A stretch of DNA of 64,000 bases from Planctomycetales bacterium (GTDB lineage Bacteria; Planctomycetota; Planctomycetia; Planctomycetales; Planctomycetaceae), in the NCBI GenBank assembly GCA_040877365.1, contig JBBDNU010000153.1, positions 5,049 through 69,048 of the forward strand, given 5' to 3'. This document shows, in pieces, positions 46,546 to 55,390 of this stretch. Both the position numbers and the translations under genes were made by a program. The first letter of the stretch is position 1. Each line of letters starts with the position of its first letter. The notes below the pieces were generated by a model that saw only the letters and a program-made list of their open reading frames with translations, was not told the DNA's origin and did no database searches.

Positions 46546-48897
46546 ATGATCTTCGCACAAGCGAAATGGCTGGGTCTGCAAACGGCCGATTGGGTCGTGT
46601 TGGCGATCTACTTCGTCTTGATCGTCGGGATCGGGGTGTGGTCGATCACCAAAGTGAAGGACATGGCGGACTTCTTCATGGGAGGCCGCCGGTTCGGAAA
46701 AGTCTTCATGATGTTCTTCGCCTTCGGGGCGGGGACCAGCAGCGACCAGGCGATCACGGTCGTCGCGGGAACCTGGCGGGCGGGACTGGCCGGCATCTGG
46801 TGGCAGTTCCTGTGGCTGTGGGCCACGCCGTTCTACTGGATCGTCGCCCCGGTCCTGCGGCGGATGCGGGCCCTGACCACCGCCGACTTCTTCGAGCACC
46901 GCTTCCATCCCAGCACGGCCCTGTTGTACTCCGTCTACGGGATGATCATGGCGGTCGTGTTCATCTCCAGCGGCTTGTACGTCAGCGGGAAGATGGTCAC
47001 GGCGCTCACCGGCGGGGAGTTGGACCGCGTCGCCGACCGGCTGGACATCAGCGTGCCCAAACGAGCCTGGATCTCCGAGGAAAGTCGGCTGGGGACCGGG
47101 GTCCTGTTTCAATCCATCTCGGAGGACGTCGTCGCGGACATCGTCGCCGATCTCGACAAGGGAACCCTACCGGAACCCTTCGTGCCGCGGTTCGCCGACG
47201 CCAAGCGGCGGCTGAGCGACTCCGCCGCCGTCCAAGTCGTTTCCGCCGGCCAGGAATGGAAGGTCGTCGATGACGCGCGCGGCGAAACGTTCCGGATCCG
47301 GCAGGTCCAGGTCGAGCAGAAGAAGCAGCCGGTCGTCATCGATCCCGGCACCGGCCAGGAGGAAACGGAAATGGTCGATCGGATCCGCGTCTACGGCTCC
47401 GGCTGGCGGCAAGTGGAAGGTTACGAGCTGGCCATCCTCGCGATGACCGTGTTGTTCGTGCTCTACGGAATGGCCGGGGGGCTGGGGGCGGCGATCATCA
47501 CCGACTTCATTCAGGGCATCCTGACGATCGCCTTCTCGTTCCTGCTGTTGCCGTTCGTGTTCTATCGCATCAGCGGGTTCGGGGCCCTCAACGAGAACTC
47601 CGGGCTGAAGCAGGGAATGCTCGACCTCGTCGCGTCTCCGAAAATCGCCGCGATCCTCGACGCCGATCCGATCACGATCCCCTACGTGTTCATGCTGTCG
47701 CTCACGGCGTTGGCCGGGATCGTCGTCCAGCCGCACATCATGGGTGTCTGCGGGGCGGGCAAGACGGAGTTCGAGGGGCGGTTCGGCTTCACCGTTGGGA
47801 ACTTCCTGAAGCGGTTCTGCACGATCGCCTGGACGTTCACCGGACTGGCGGCGCTCGTCTGGTACATGGGGAGCGACAGCCCGCTGCACCACAAGGAACT
47901 CGACGACGCCACGCTGCGGAGCCTCCCCGCCGCCCAACAGGAGAAGGTCTCCCAGGACCGCAAGCTGTTGACGGACCTCCACGCGCGGATTGCCGACGAT
48001 TACAATCAGAAGCCGAAGTCCGAGCGCGAACGCCTGGCGAAGCTCGACAAGGCATTCGCCGATCAACTCTTCGGCAAGGCGGCCTTCGACATCCTGCCGA
48101 CCATCTCGGCCGGGCTGATCGGGCTGCTCCTCGCCTCGCTCCTGGCGGCGATCATGAGCACCGCCGATGCGCAGATGGTCGTCGGCAGCGGCCTGTTCAC
48201 CGAGAACATCTACAGGCGATACTTGTTCCGGGGAAGGTCGCAGAACCACTACTTGCAGGTGGGGCGCGTCGCCGGGCTGTTCATCGTCGTCCTGTCCCTC
48301 GCCCTGCAAAGCACCTTCAGCGACGTGATCGACGCCCTGCAGGTGGTCATCAAGACGCCGGCGGCGATCGGCATCAGCCTGTGGTTCGCCATCGTCTGGC
48401 GGCGATGGAACACCCCGGCCGTGTGGATCTCGACCTTCGTCGCCGCGGCCGCCTGGGCCGTCGTCGCCTATCTGCCGATCCAGCTCCACCAGTGGGGGCG
48501 GAGCTGGGGGCTTCCCGCGGCGGTGCTCGAGTCCGTGTTCAAGGTCAACCCGGACACCGGCAAGATCGAGCGGATGTGGGACGTGTGGCAGATGGCGGCC
48601 TACGTTTTCGCCGGCGTGATCTCCGGGATCATCGTCAGCCTGACCACGCCGCGGCAATCCAAGGAGAAGCTGGACCGCTTCTACCGGCTGCTGCACACGC
48701 CGGTCACGCCGGGCGAGGTCGTTCCCGGCCCGTGTCAGCTACCCGAAAACCCGGCCCAACCCACCCGCAAACTGTTCAATGTCGAATCGCTGGAGTTTCA
48801 GATGCCCACGCTCGTGGGGCTGGGCGGCTTCCTGCTCGCCTGGGTCGGCGTGGCCTTCATCATCGGCCTGACCTATTGGCTGGCGAAGTTCGCCTGA
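46546..48897 (+). CDS. sodium:solute symporter (SSS) family transporter with large soluble insertion
   Basis: N-terminus DWVVLAIYFVLIVGIGVW...FFMGGRRFG and many TM helices. A hydrophilic insert of about 130 aa follows the fifth helix region. Confidence 0.85.
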   Translation: MIFAQAKWLGLQTADWVVLAIYFVLIVGIGVWSITKVKDMADFFMGGRRFGKVFMMFFAFGAGTSSDQAITVVAGTWRAGLAGIWWQFLWLWATPFYWIVAPVLRRMRALTTADFFEHRFHPSTALLYSVYGMIMAVVFISSGLYVSGKMVTALTGGELDRVADRLDISVPKRAWISEESRLGTGVLFQSISEDVVADIVADLDKGTLPEPFVPRFADAKRRLSDSAAVQVVSAGQEWKVVDDARGETFRIRQVQVEQKKQPVVIDPGTGQEETEMVDRIRVYGSGWRQVEGYELAILAMTVLFVLYGMAGGLGAAIITDFIQGILTIAFSFLLLPFVFYRISGFGALNENSGLKQGMLDLVASPKIAAILDADPITIPYVFMLSLTALAGIVVQPHIMGVCGAGKTEFEGRFGFTVGNFLKRFCTIAWTFTGLAALVWYMGSDSPLHHKELDDATLRSLPAAQQEKVSQDRKLLTDLHARIADDYNQKPKSERERLAKLDKAFADQLFGKAAFDILPTISAGLIGLLLASLLAAIMSTADAQMVVGSGLFTENIYRRYLFRGRSQNHYLQVGRVAGLFIVVLSLALQSTFSDVIDALQVVIKTPAAIGISLWFAIVWRRWNTPAVWISTFVAAAAWAVVAYLPIQLHQWGRSWGLPAAVLESVFKVNPDTGKIERMWDVWQMAAYVFAGVISGIIVSLTTPRQSKEKLDRFYRLLHTPVTPGEVVPGPCQLPENPAQPTRKLFNVESLEFQMPTLVGLGGFLLAWVGVAFIIGLTYWLAKFA

Positions 48898-48929
48898 GAA
48901 GAATCCTCGGCGTCGATCGTCTCGCCGCT

Positions 48930-48994
48930 CTTCGCGGCCTTCGCGTCCTTCTGTTCCGCGTCCAGTCGAACAGAAGCACGCGAAGGTCGCGAAG
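48930..48994. repeat. inverted repeat CTTCGCGGCCTTCGCGT ... ACGCGAAGGTCGCGAAG (16/17) with a third direct copy at 49065-49085
   Basis: Read directly from the sequence. It starts 33 nt after the SSS transporter stop. Confidence 0.75.
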
Positions 48995-49167
48995 ACGAGC
49001 GCGTCGTCGCCCGGAGCGCCGCTGGCGTGTCCTGATTTTCTTCGTGCCTTCGAGGTATTCGTCTTCGTCCTTCGCGGCTTCGCGTGATCCCTTGGTTGCG
49101 GCTCCGCCGCGCTGGGCAATCCGTGGATGTGGATGAATCCCGGACAACCGGACCAGACGACGACAAA

Positions 49168-49196
49168 AGCCCGGCTTTCGCGTGGAAAGCCGGGCT
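49168..49196 (-). terminator. rho-independent terminator of the 49232-49762 gene
   Basis: 12-bp perfect stem AGCCCGGCTTTC/GAAAGCCGGGCT with a 5-nt loop. On the minus strand it is followed by TTTTGT. It lies 36 nt downstream of the stop. Confidence 0.65.
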
Positions 49197-49231
49197 GAGG
49201 CAGTTCGGATTGTTCGATCGGCTTGAACGGG

Positions 49232-49762
49232 TCAGTCGTCGTAGTCCACCTTGATGTAGCCCCGCTTGACCTCGATCTCGACCTCGTATTTGCCGTAATC
49301 GTACTTGATCTTGCGGCCGTCCTTCGAGGTCTTCACCCGCTCGCAGGCGCACGGCGGAACGCAGATCTGCACGGCCACGCACTGCGGCCCGCAGCCGTAG
49401 CACGGGTCGGCGCACGGATCGGGGACCATCACGATCCGCGTGATGGCGCATGGGTGCACGTTGTCCAGGTCTTCGTATTTCACGTTATGGTACAGCGGCA
49501 CGCCTTGGGCCGGATACGGCTCCACCGGACCGTAGGCGCCCATCGGCCCGGGCTGTCCGGGGACCGGATAGCTGCCCGGGGCCATCGGGACCGGGCCGGA
49601 CGGGCCGATGTACAGCGGATCGGGGGCCGGCGCCGGGGTCGGCTGCAACTGCACGGTCTGCAGTTGGCCGGGCGCGCGAAACAGCGACCAGTCCGCCGCC
49701 GGGGCCACGGTCGCCGCGCCCAGGACGGCCGCGACGGCCAACATCGTCAACGAACGCTTCAT
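49232..49762 (-). CDS. secreted Pro- and Cys-rich protein, unknown function
   Basis: GGAAGGAGAA RBS. Signal peptide MKRSLTMLAVAAVLGAATVAPA, a Pro-rich middle region, and a Cys cluster HPCAI...DPCADPCYGCGPQCVAVQICVPPCAC. Confidence 0.65.
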   Translation of the reverse strand: MKRSLTMLAVAAVLGAATVAPAADWSLFRAPGQLQTVQLQPTPAPAPDPLYIGPSGPVPMAPGSYPVPGQPGPMGAYGPVEPYPAQGVPLYHNVKYEDLDNVHPCAITRIVMVPDPCADPCYGCGPQCVAVQICVPPCACERVKTSKDGRKIKYDYGKYEVEIEVKRGYIKVDYDD

Positions 49763-50256
49763 CACAGATTCTCCTTCCATGTTTTCGAGGACAAGATCCC
49801 GCGGCGGGGGAATGCGCGGGCCGACTCGAGAGAGGTCCGGTCGTCGCCGCCCAGCGGTCCTGCACCAACAACATAGCAGACGAAACGCTGCGCAACGGTC
49901 GGAAATTCCGCGGCACGCGGTGATTTGCCGATTCGCTTGGACCAACTCTGCCGTCTAGGAATACTGGCGAAAGTGCAGGGACGCAAGGGAGATCCCCGCC
50001 GATTCCGCCCCGTCTCAAGAAAATCCGCAATCGGAAGAGTCGCTCCGGGCCTCCCATCTTGACCGTTGAGGACGAGCGTCGCGGCAAAACAGCGCGGTCG
50101 AATCGCTCTGGACAACCGCCGCGGAGACCGCTGGAATATGGAGTCGGCCGCATCTTCCGGCCGAGGTCCCGCGCCCGCCGTCGCGCGCGGTGTTTCCCTC
50201 CACCTGCCTTCGCTTCGAGAAGGCGGCGGTGTTCGAACTGCGATTCGGGAGCGTCG

Positions 50257-50583
50257 ATGTACACGGCCTCGGGCATCTACCGCATCCGGCAGACCGGCCC
50301 GCGGACCATCGTCGGGTTCGATGAGGCGGAAGTCCCCAACCACTTCTACCACGCCGAATGCCGGGACGATCTGGTGCGGCTGGTCGCCGAGCAGCAGTGC
50401 CGCACGCTCGTGCTCGACCTGACTCACGTTCCAAACCTGCCGAGCGGGCTGCTGGGGCTGATCGCCTCGTTGCAGAAAGACGGGATCGAGGTGCATGTGT
50501 GCAACCCGCCCGAGTGCTTGACGAACGCGGTCACGGTCGCGCATCTCGAGAACGAAGTCGAGATCGAGCCGGCCGACGAATAG
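50257..50583 (+). CDS. STAS-like (anti-sigma-factor-antagonist fold) small protein
   Basis: 108 aa. The pattern ...TLVLDLTHVPNLPSGLLGLIASL... resembles the STAS core. Weak call. Confidence 0.45.
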   Translation: MYTASGIYRIRQTGPRTIVGFDEAEVPNHFYHAECRDDLVRLVAEQQCRTLVLDLTHVPNLPSGLLGLIASLQKDGIEVHVCNPPECLTNAVTVAHLENEVEIEPADE

Positions 50584-50624
50584 CGGCGCCGCGGGATCGG
50601 TTTTCCTCTAGCGCGAGGGATCGG

Positions 50625-50783
50625 CTAGCGGGACGGATCGGCGGCGAGGGCGCAGACCGCGAAGAGTTTGCCGCACTGGCGGCAACGGTGGATGCGGTCG
50701 TTCCGTTCGAGCGGGCGGAGCCACAAGGCGCGTTCGTGCTTCTTTCCGCAGCGCGGGCAGCGGGCGATCCAGCGGTCGTTCAT
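50625..50783 (-). CDS. 52-aa zinc-ribbon protein (not in the supplied ORF track)
   Basis: My own translation is MNDRWIARCPRCGKKHERALWLRPLERNDRIHRCRQCGKLFAVCALAADPSR. It has two CxxC pairs, and AGGAGA lies 8 nt upstream of the ATG. Confidence 0.4.
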   Translation of the reverse strand: MNDRWIARCPRCGKKHERALWLRPLERNDRIHRCRQCGKLFAVCALAADPSR

Positions 50784-51343
50784 GGGCGGCGGGTCTCCTG
50801 ACGAAAGGAGTAGTCGCGGGCAGGACGAATTTGGTCGCGAAATTTCGCACGAATTCGCGATTTCGCGAAGAAAAATCGAGACCCGCCCCCCGCGAAAGGC
50901 TCGCGCAAGTCCCCGCCAGACACCGGCAGCTCAACGACGAGCGGCCTTGCCCCGACCGAAAGGCGGAGAAGGCCGCTCGAAACTCCAAGAGATCTGGACC
51001 GGATGGAACGACGACCTCTGCCGTCGCGAGAAGCGGCACGGCCGCTCCTCATTCCGTCCGGTCGGGTGGATCAGGCATAGGCGTCCCTCCGTTCGACATG
51101 GAGGACGTACCTGGAGCCGGCCGTGTCGAGGCGGCTCCCCGACTTGAGGGGCCCAGGAAGCCGCCCCTCACGCTGCTCTGCCCGGTGGATCGTGCATGTC
51201 GCCCCTCCCTCGAAGTGACGAAAAAGGAAGACAGTCAACCGATCGGTCGACTGTCAGAATATTCTCCCGCGGGAGGGAACGCAAGCGTGAAACCGGAAAC
51301 GGCGGATTCGGCGTGATGCTTTTCGCGCGGGATCCGCGTCGGC

Positions 51344-51349
51344 TATAAT
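51344..51349 (+). promoter_or_regulatory. possible -10 box TATAAT upstream of the transglutaminase-like gene
   Basis: A perfect TATAAT lies 64 nt upstream of the ATG at 51413. The -35 candidate (TTTCGC/TTTTCG) is weak. GGAG RBS at 51401-51404. Confidence 0.25.
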
Positions 51350-51412
51350 CGCTCACGCGCCGGTCCCATCGGGCCGCGCGATTCGATCCACGGACCCTCC
51401 GGAGACGCGCTC

Positions 51413-52930
51413 ATGACCCGCTTCCTGCTGGCGGCCGCCCTTGCCGTGCCGCTCCTCTCGGCCGCTCCCGCTTTCGCCGAAGTCCAAGGCGCGTGGGTGG
51501 CCACCGACCGCACCGTCGATTGTTCGAGCTATGACACGATCCGCCGCGACCTGCTCAAGCCCGACATGACCGACGAGCAGAAGGCGCTCGCCCTGTACGA
51601 CTTCTTCCGGCAGCGGGTCTATCACTACAAGAACCTGCCGGAGACCCGCGAGCCGCTCAAGACCGTGAACATTATCGGCAACACGCTGTGCGGCTCGCAG
51701 GCGACCTGCATGAAGGGCCTGTTGCAGGAGGTCGCGGGCTTGAAGACCCGCGTCGTCTCGCACCCCGGCCACACTTTCTACGAGGTGTACTACGACGGGA
51801 AGTGGCACGGGTTCGACACGATGACCAACTTTTACGTGTTCACCCGCGGCGAAGGCAAGGACCGCTACGTCGCCTCCTTCGCCGAACTGAACAAGGACCC
51901 GTCGCTCATCAAGGAGGCCGTCAAGGAAGGCCGTTCCGTGACCGCCCTTTGCCCCTGCGGCGACGACCCGCTCGCCTTCGCGGACAAAATCCAGATCACC
52001 GACTACGAGCCGGAGCGCAGCGACTGGTCCATCAAGGACTATTCCCTGCGGCAGGGCGAGGAGTTGGTGCGAAGCTGGTGGCCTCACGGCAAGCCGCTCC
52101 CCGGCAGTTTCGACGGCGGCCGCCCCGGACCGGTGCACACCTGCGGCACGCGCGACCGGCAGGCGGAGCCGGAACTGTTCCAGTTCTGGGAGCCGTACGG
52201 CATCCCGAAGTTCGCCCCCTCGACGAGCGTGAGCTATCGCCACTACGCGAACGGCTGGATCGCCTATTCTCCCGATTTGACCAACGCGCACGCCGTGAGC
52301 GACGGCGGGGCGAAGCTGGAGGGCGTGCAGGCGACGAAAAACGGCCTTGCCGGCCAGGGGACGTGGGAATATCGGGTCAAGTCGCCGTATCACATCACGA
52401 GTGCCGAGCTGAGCCTCGACGTGGACCTGGCGAGCGCCGATAGCGCTGTGACCGTGGAAGTCACGGACGCCCGCGGGCAGTGGCAGCCGGTCCCGCTCGA
52501 AGGCCTGGCCAAGGTGCAGACCCTCTCGCTGGACAAGCACGTCGTCCGCGCCAATCGCGGGCGGTACGAATACGGCGTGCGAATCCGGCTCGAGGGACAC
52601 CACACGGCCCTCCGCCGTCAGCACCTCAAGACGTGGTTCCAGCACAACGCGATGGCCGCCCCGCACCTGATGCCGGGCAAGAACCGCGTCACCGTCGAAG
52701 TCGCCGAGGAAGCTGGGCTGAAGGCCGCACCGCTCACGGTCGTCTACCGCTACAAGGACGCCCCGAAGTGGGATGGGGCGGTGAAGTCCGTCGAGCAGAC
52801 CGTGACCAAGAACGGCCAATCGTTCGACGTCGCGCTCCCCGAGACCGACAAGCTCCCCCAGATGCAGGACCTGACGATCCGCTACGGTGCGCTCGCCTGG
52901 CGGCCCGAGCCGGTCAAGCAGGGCGAATGA
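51413..52930 (+). CDS. secreted transglutaminase-like (Cys-His-Asp) domain protein
   Basis: Signal peptide. Core NTLCGSQATC...HPGHTFYEVYYDGKWHGFD with candidate triad residues. Confidence 0.8.
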   Translation: MTRFLLAAALAVPLLSAAPAFAEVQGAWVATDRTVDCSSYDTIRRDLLKPDMTDEQKALALYDFFRQRVYHYKNLPETREPLKTVNIIGNTLCGSQATCMKGLLQEVAGLKTRVVSHPGHTFYEVYYDGKWHGFDTMTNFYVFTRGEGKDRYVASFAELNKDPSLIKEAVKEGRSVTALCPCGDDPLAFADKIQITDYEPERSDWSIKDYSLRQGEELVRSWWPHGKPLPGSFDGGRPGPVHTCGTRDRQAEPELFQFWEPYGIPKFAPSTSVSYRHYANGWIAYSPDLTNAHAVSDGGAKLEGVQATKNGLAGQGTWEYRVKSPYHITSAELSLDVDLASADSAVTVEVTDARGQWQPVPLEGLAKVQTLSLDKHVVRANRGRYEYGVRIRLEGHHTALRRQHLKTWFQHNAMAAPHLMPGKNRVTVEVAEEAGLKAAPLTVVYRYKDAPKWDGAVKSVEQTVTKNGQSFDVALPETDKLPQMQDLTIRYGALAWRPEPVKQGE

Positions 52931-52933
52931 CGC

Positions 52934-53185
52934 ATGTCTCGACAATTGACGTTGGATCTACCGGAGGAAGTCGATCGGGCCTTGCGCGCCGAAGCCGCGC
53001 GGAGGGGGAAGTCGCCCGCGCAGGTTGCGATCGAGTGGATCGAATCGCGCGTCGCGGCTCCACGGCGCGGGAGCGCGGAAGCCCTGATGGCATCCCACGG
53101 GACGTGGTCGATGACGCCACAGGAGCGGATCATGATCGAGCGAATGATCGAGGAAGAGCGGCTGCTGGAAGATGACGAGCAGTGA
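52934..53185 (+). CDS. RHH-type antitoxin (VapB-like)
   Basis: 83 aa. LTLDLPEEVDRALRAEAARRGKSPAQVAIEWIE is a ribbon-helix-helix pattern. It overlaps the vapC start by 4 nt (GTGA). Confidence 0.75.
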   Translation: MSRQLTLDLPEEVDRALRAEAARRGKSPAQVAIEWIESRVAAPRRGSAEALMASHGTWSMTPQERIMIERMIEEERLLEDDEQ

Positions 53186-53583
53186 CCTTCTTGCTCGATA
53201 CGAATCACGTCATCGCGCATCTGAACGGCGATCCGCGAATGGCGAACCACGTCGTCTTACATCGAGCGACGGGAGACGTCTTCGCGATCAATACCACGGT
53301 GCTGGGAGAGTTGTATTTCGGTGCGTACGCGAGTCGGCGGCCCACCGAAAACCTCGGCGGCGTCAATTCCTTTCTTGACGAGGTGGATCTCTTCGAATTC
53401 GATCGCGCCGCAGCGGAGGAGTTTGGGAGGATCAAGGCCGAGCAGCGGGCCAAAGGAAGGCCGATACCGACTGCGGACGCTCAAATCGCCGCGGTGGCCC
53501 GATTGCGCGGCCTGACAGTGCTTACGAATGACGCTCATTTTCAATCGGTCCATGCGTTGAAGACTGACAACTGGCTGGCATGA
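53182..53583 (+). CDS. vapC: PIN-domain toxin VapC
   Basis: 133 aa with FLLDTNHVI, GELYFGA, DAQIAAVA and LTNDAHF, which include the acidic PIN residues. GTG start. Confidence 0.9.
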   Translation: MTFLLDTNHVIAHLNGDPRMANHVVLHRATGDVFAINTTVLGELYFGAYASRRPTENLGGVNSFLDEVDLFEFDRAAAEEFGRIKAEQRAKGRPIPTADAQIAAVARLRGLTVLTNDAHFQSVHALKTDNWLA

Positions 53584-53610
53584 CAGTCCAGGCGGACTAC
53601 CAAGAGACGC

Positions 53611-55167
53611 ATGATGGGCAAGCCCACCGGGTTCAAGGAGTTCGCGCGGCAGCAGCCGGGTGAGCGCGATCCGCGATTGCGGGTTCTCGATTGGAACGAG
53701 TTCCACGAGCATCTGCCCGTGGAGGATCTCCGCGCGCAAGGGGCGCGGTGCATGGATTGCGGCGTGCCGTTCTGTCACACCGGCGATCTGATGGCCAACA
53801 TGGCCGCCGGCTGCCCGCTGCACAATCTGATCCCCGAGTGGAACGACCTCGTCTACCGCGACCGCTGGCGCGAGGCGCTCGACCGGCTGCATAAGACGAA
53901 TAATTTCCCCGAGTTCACCGGCCGCGTCTGCCCCGCTCCGTGCGAAGGCTCCTGCGTCCTGGGGATCATCGAGCCGCCGGTGGCGATCAAGACGATCGAA
54001 GCCGCCATCGCCGACCGCGGCTTCGAGGAAGGCTGGATCGCGCCGCAGCCGCCGGAGCGGCGCACGGGAAAGAAGGTCGCGGTCGTCGGCAGCGGGCCGG
54101 CGGGACTCGCCGCCGCGGCCCAGCTCAACGCGGCGGGGCATTTCGTCACCGTGTACGAGCGGTCGGACCGCATCGGCGGGTTGCTGATGTACGGGATCCC
54201 GAACATGAAGCTCGACAAGTCCCTCGTCCAAAGGCGGGTCGATCTGCTCGCCGGGGAGGGGGTCGAATTCATGACCAATTCGGCCATCGGCGCGGACCTG
54301 CCGGTGGAGCGGCTCCAGCGCGAGTTCGACGCGATCGTCCTGTGCACGGGGGCGACGCGGCCCCGCGACCTTCCGCTCCCCGGCCGCGACCTCGCCGGCG
54401 TGCGTTTCGCGATGGAGTTCCTCCACGCGAACACGAAGCGGCTCCTTGACGTAGGGTGGGCTGCGCCCACCAACGGCGAAAACGCTGGCGATGACGCTTC
54501 AGCGACCCGGACGCTCGAAGCGTCCGGGTCGCTTGGCCCGTTCATCTCCGCGAAGGACAAGGACGTGATCGTCATCGGCGGGGGCGATACCGGGACCGAC
54601 TGCCTCGGCACGTCGCTGCGGCACGGCTGCCGGAGCCTCGTCAATTTCGAGATCGTCCCCCGCCCGCCGGACGAGCGGGCCGCGAACAACCCGTGGCCGC
54701 AGTGGCCTCGCGTGTTCCGCGTCGATTACGGCCACGAGGAGGCGCGGGCGAAATTCGGCGACGACCCGCGCGAGTTCTGCGTCGAGACGCTCGAGTTCCT
54801 CGACGACGGCAGCGGCCGCGTGTGCGGCGTGAAGACCTGCGAGGTGGACTGGAACCGCGTGACCGAGGGCGGCCCTCCCTTCACCCGCCTGCCCGGGACC
54901 GAGCGGATCTGGCCGGCCGATCTCGTGCTCCTGGCGATGGGCTTCCTCGGCCCGGAGCCGGCCGTGGCGGAGCAACTCGGCCTCCAACTCGACCTGCGGA
55001 GCAACTACGCCGCGGAGTACGGTCGCTACGCGACGAACGTGCCGGGCGTGTTCGCGGCCGGGGACTGCCGCCGCGGCCAAAGCCTCGTCGTGTGGGCGAT
55101 CCACGAAGGCCGCGAAGCGGCCCGCGAGTGCGACCGTTATCTGATGGGCGCGACGCGGCTGCCCTGA
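53611..55167 (+). CDS. gltD: glutamate synthase small subunit (NADPH)
   Basis: [33 protein letters not shown] and [11 protein letters not shown]. It carries an in-frame palindromic insertion at 54451-54540. Confidence 0.95.
   Translation: MMGKPTGFKEFARQQPGERDPRLRVLDWNEFHEHLPVEDLRAQGARCMDCGVPFCHTGDLMANMAAGCPLHNLIPEWNDLVYRDRWREALDRLHKTNNFPEFTGRVCPAPCEGSCVLGIIEPPVAIKTIEAAIADRGFEEGWIAPQPPERRTGKKVAVVGSGPAGLAAAAQLNAAGHFVTVYERSDRIGGLLMYGIPNMKLDKSLVQRRVDLLAGEGVEFMTNSAIGADLPVERLQREFDAIVLCTGATRPRDLPLPGRDLAGVRFAMEFLHANTKRLLDVGWAAPTNGENAGDDASATRTLEASGSLGPFISAKDKDVIVIGGGDTGTDCLGTSLRHGCRSLVNFEIVPRPPDERAANNPWPQWPRVFRVDYGHEEARAKFGDDPREFCVETLEFLDDGSGRVCGVKTCEVDWNRVTEGGPPFTRLPGTERIWPADLVLLAMGFLGPEPAVAEQLGLQLDLRSNYAAEYGRYATNVPGVFAAGDCRRGQSLVVWAIHEGREAARECDRYLMGATRLP
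54451..54540. repeat. palindromic element inside the gltD CDS
   Basis: Hairpins GGTGGGC-tgc-GCCCACC (54455-54471) and GCGACCCGGACGCT-cga-AGCGTCCGGGTCGC (54502-54532, 14-bp perfect stem). It encodes [30 protein letters not shown]. Confidence 0.8.
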
Positions 55168-55169
55168 TC

Positions 55170-55188
55170 CGCGCCGATAGCCGGCGCG
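55170..55188 (+). terminator. weak hairpin after gltD
   Basis: CGCGCCG-atagc-CGGCGCG lies 3 nt after the stop. There is no clear T-tract. Confidence 0.25.
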
Positions 55189-55390
55189 TAATACCCGCCG
55201 CCCGCGTCATGTTCGTTCACGCGCCGAGCGGGTCGTTCGCATGGGGTTATGGGCAATTCGGAAGTTCTGGGCAAATGGCCCAACCAGTTGCTCGGAAAAT
55301 CGCTGGCTCCGCAAGAATTTTGTTTGCGATGCCGCAGCTGGATACGGTACAGTATGCGGGTTCGATGATCCCTCCACTTGGAGCGGCGTC

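Noticed and set aside
50790-51412. Intergenic interval as tmRNA, RNase P RNA, SRP RNA or a riboswitch
   Set aside because: I could not find the hallmark motifs: the tmRNA 5' GGGG...TTCGAC and 3' TCCACCA ends, the RNase P GGAAAGTCC, or the SRP GGAAGGAAGCAGC-type motif. It is kept only as an unclassified structured region.
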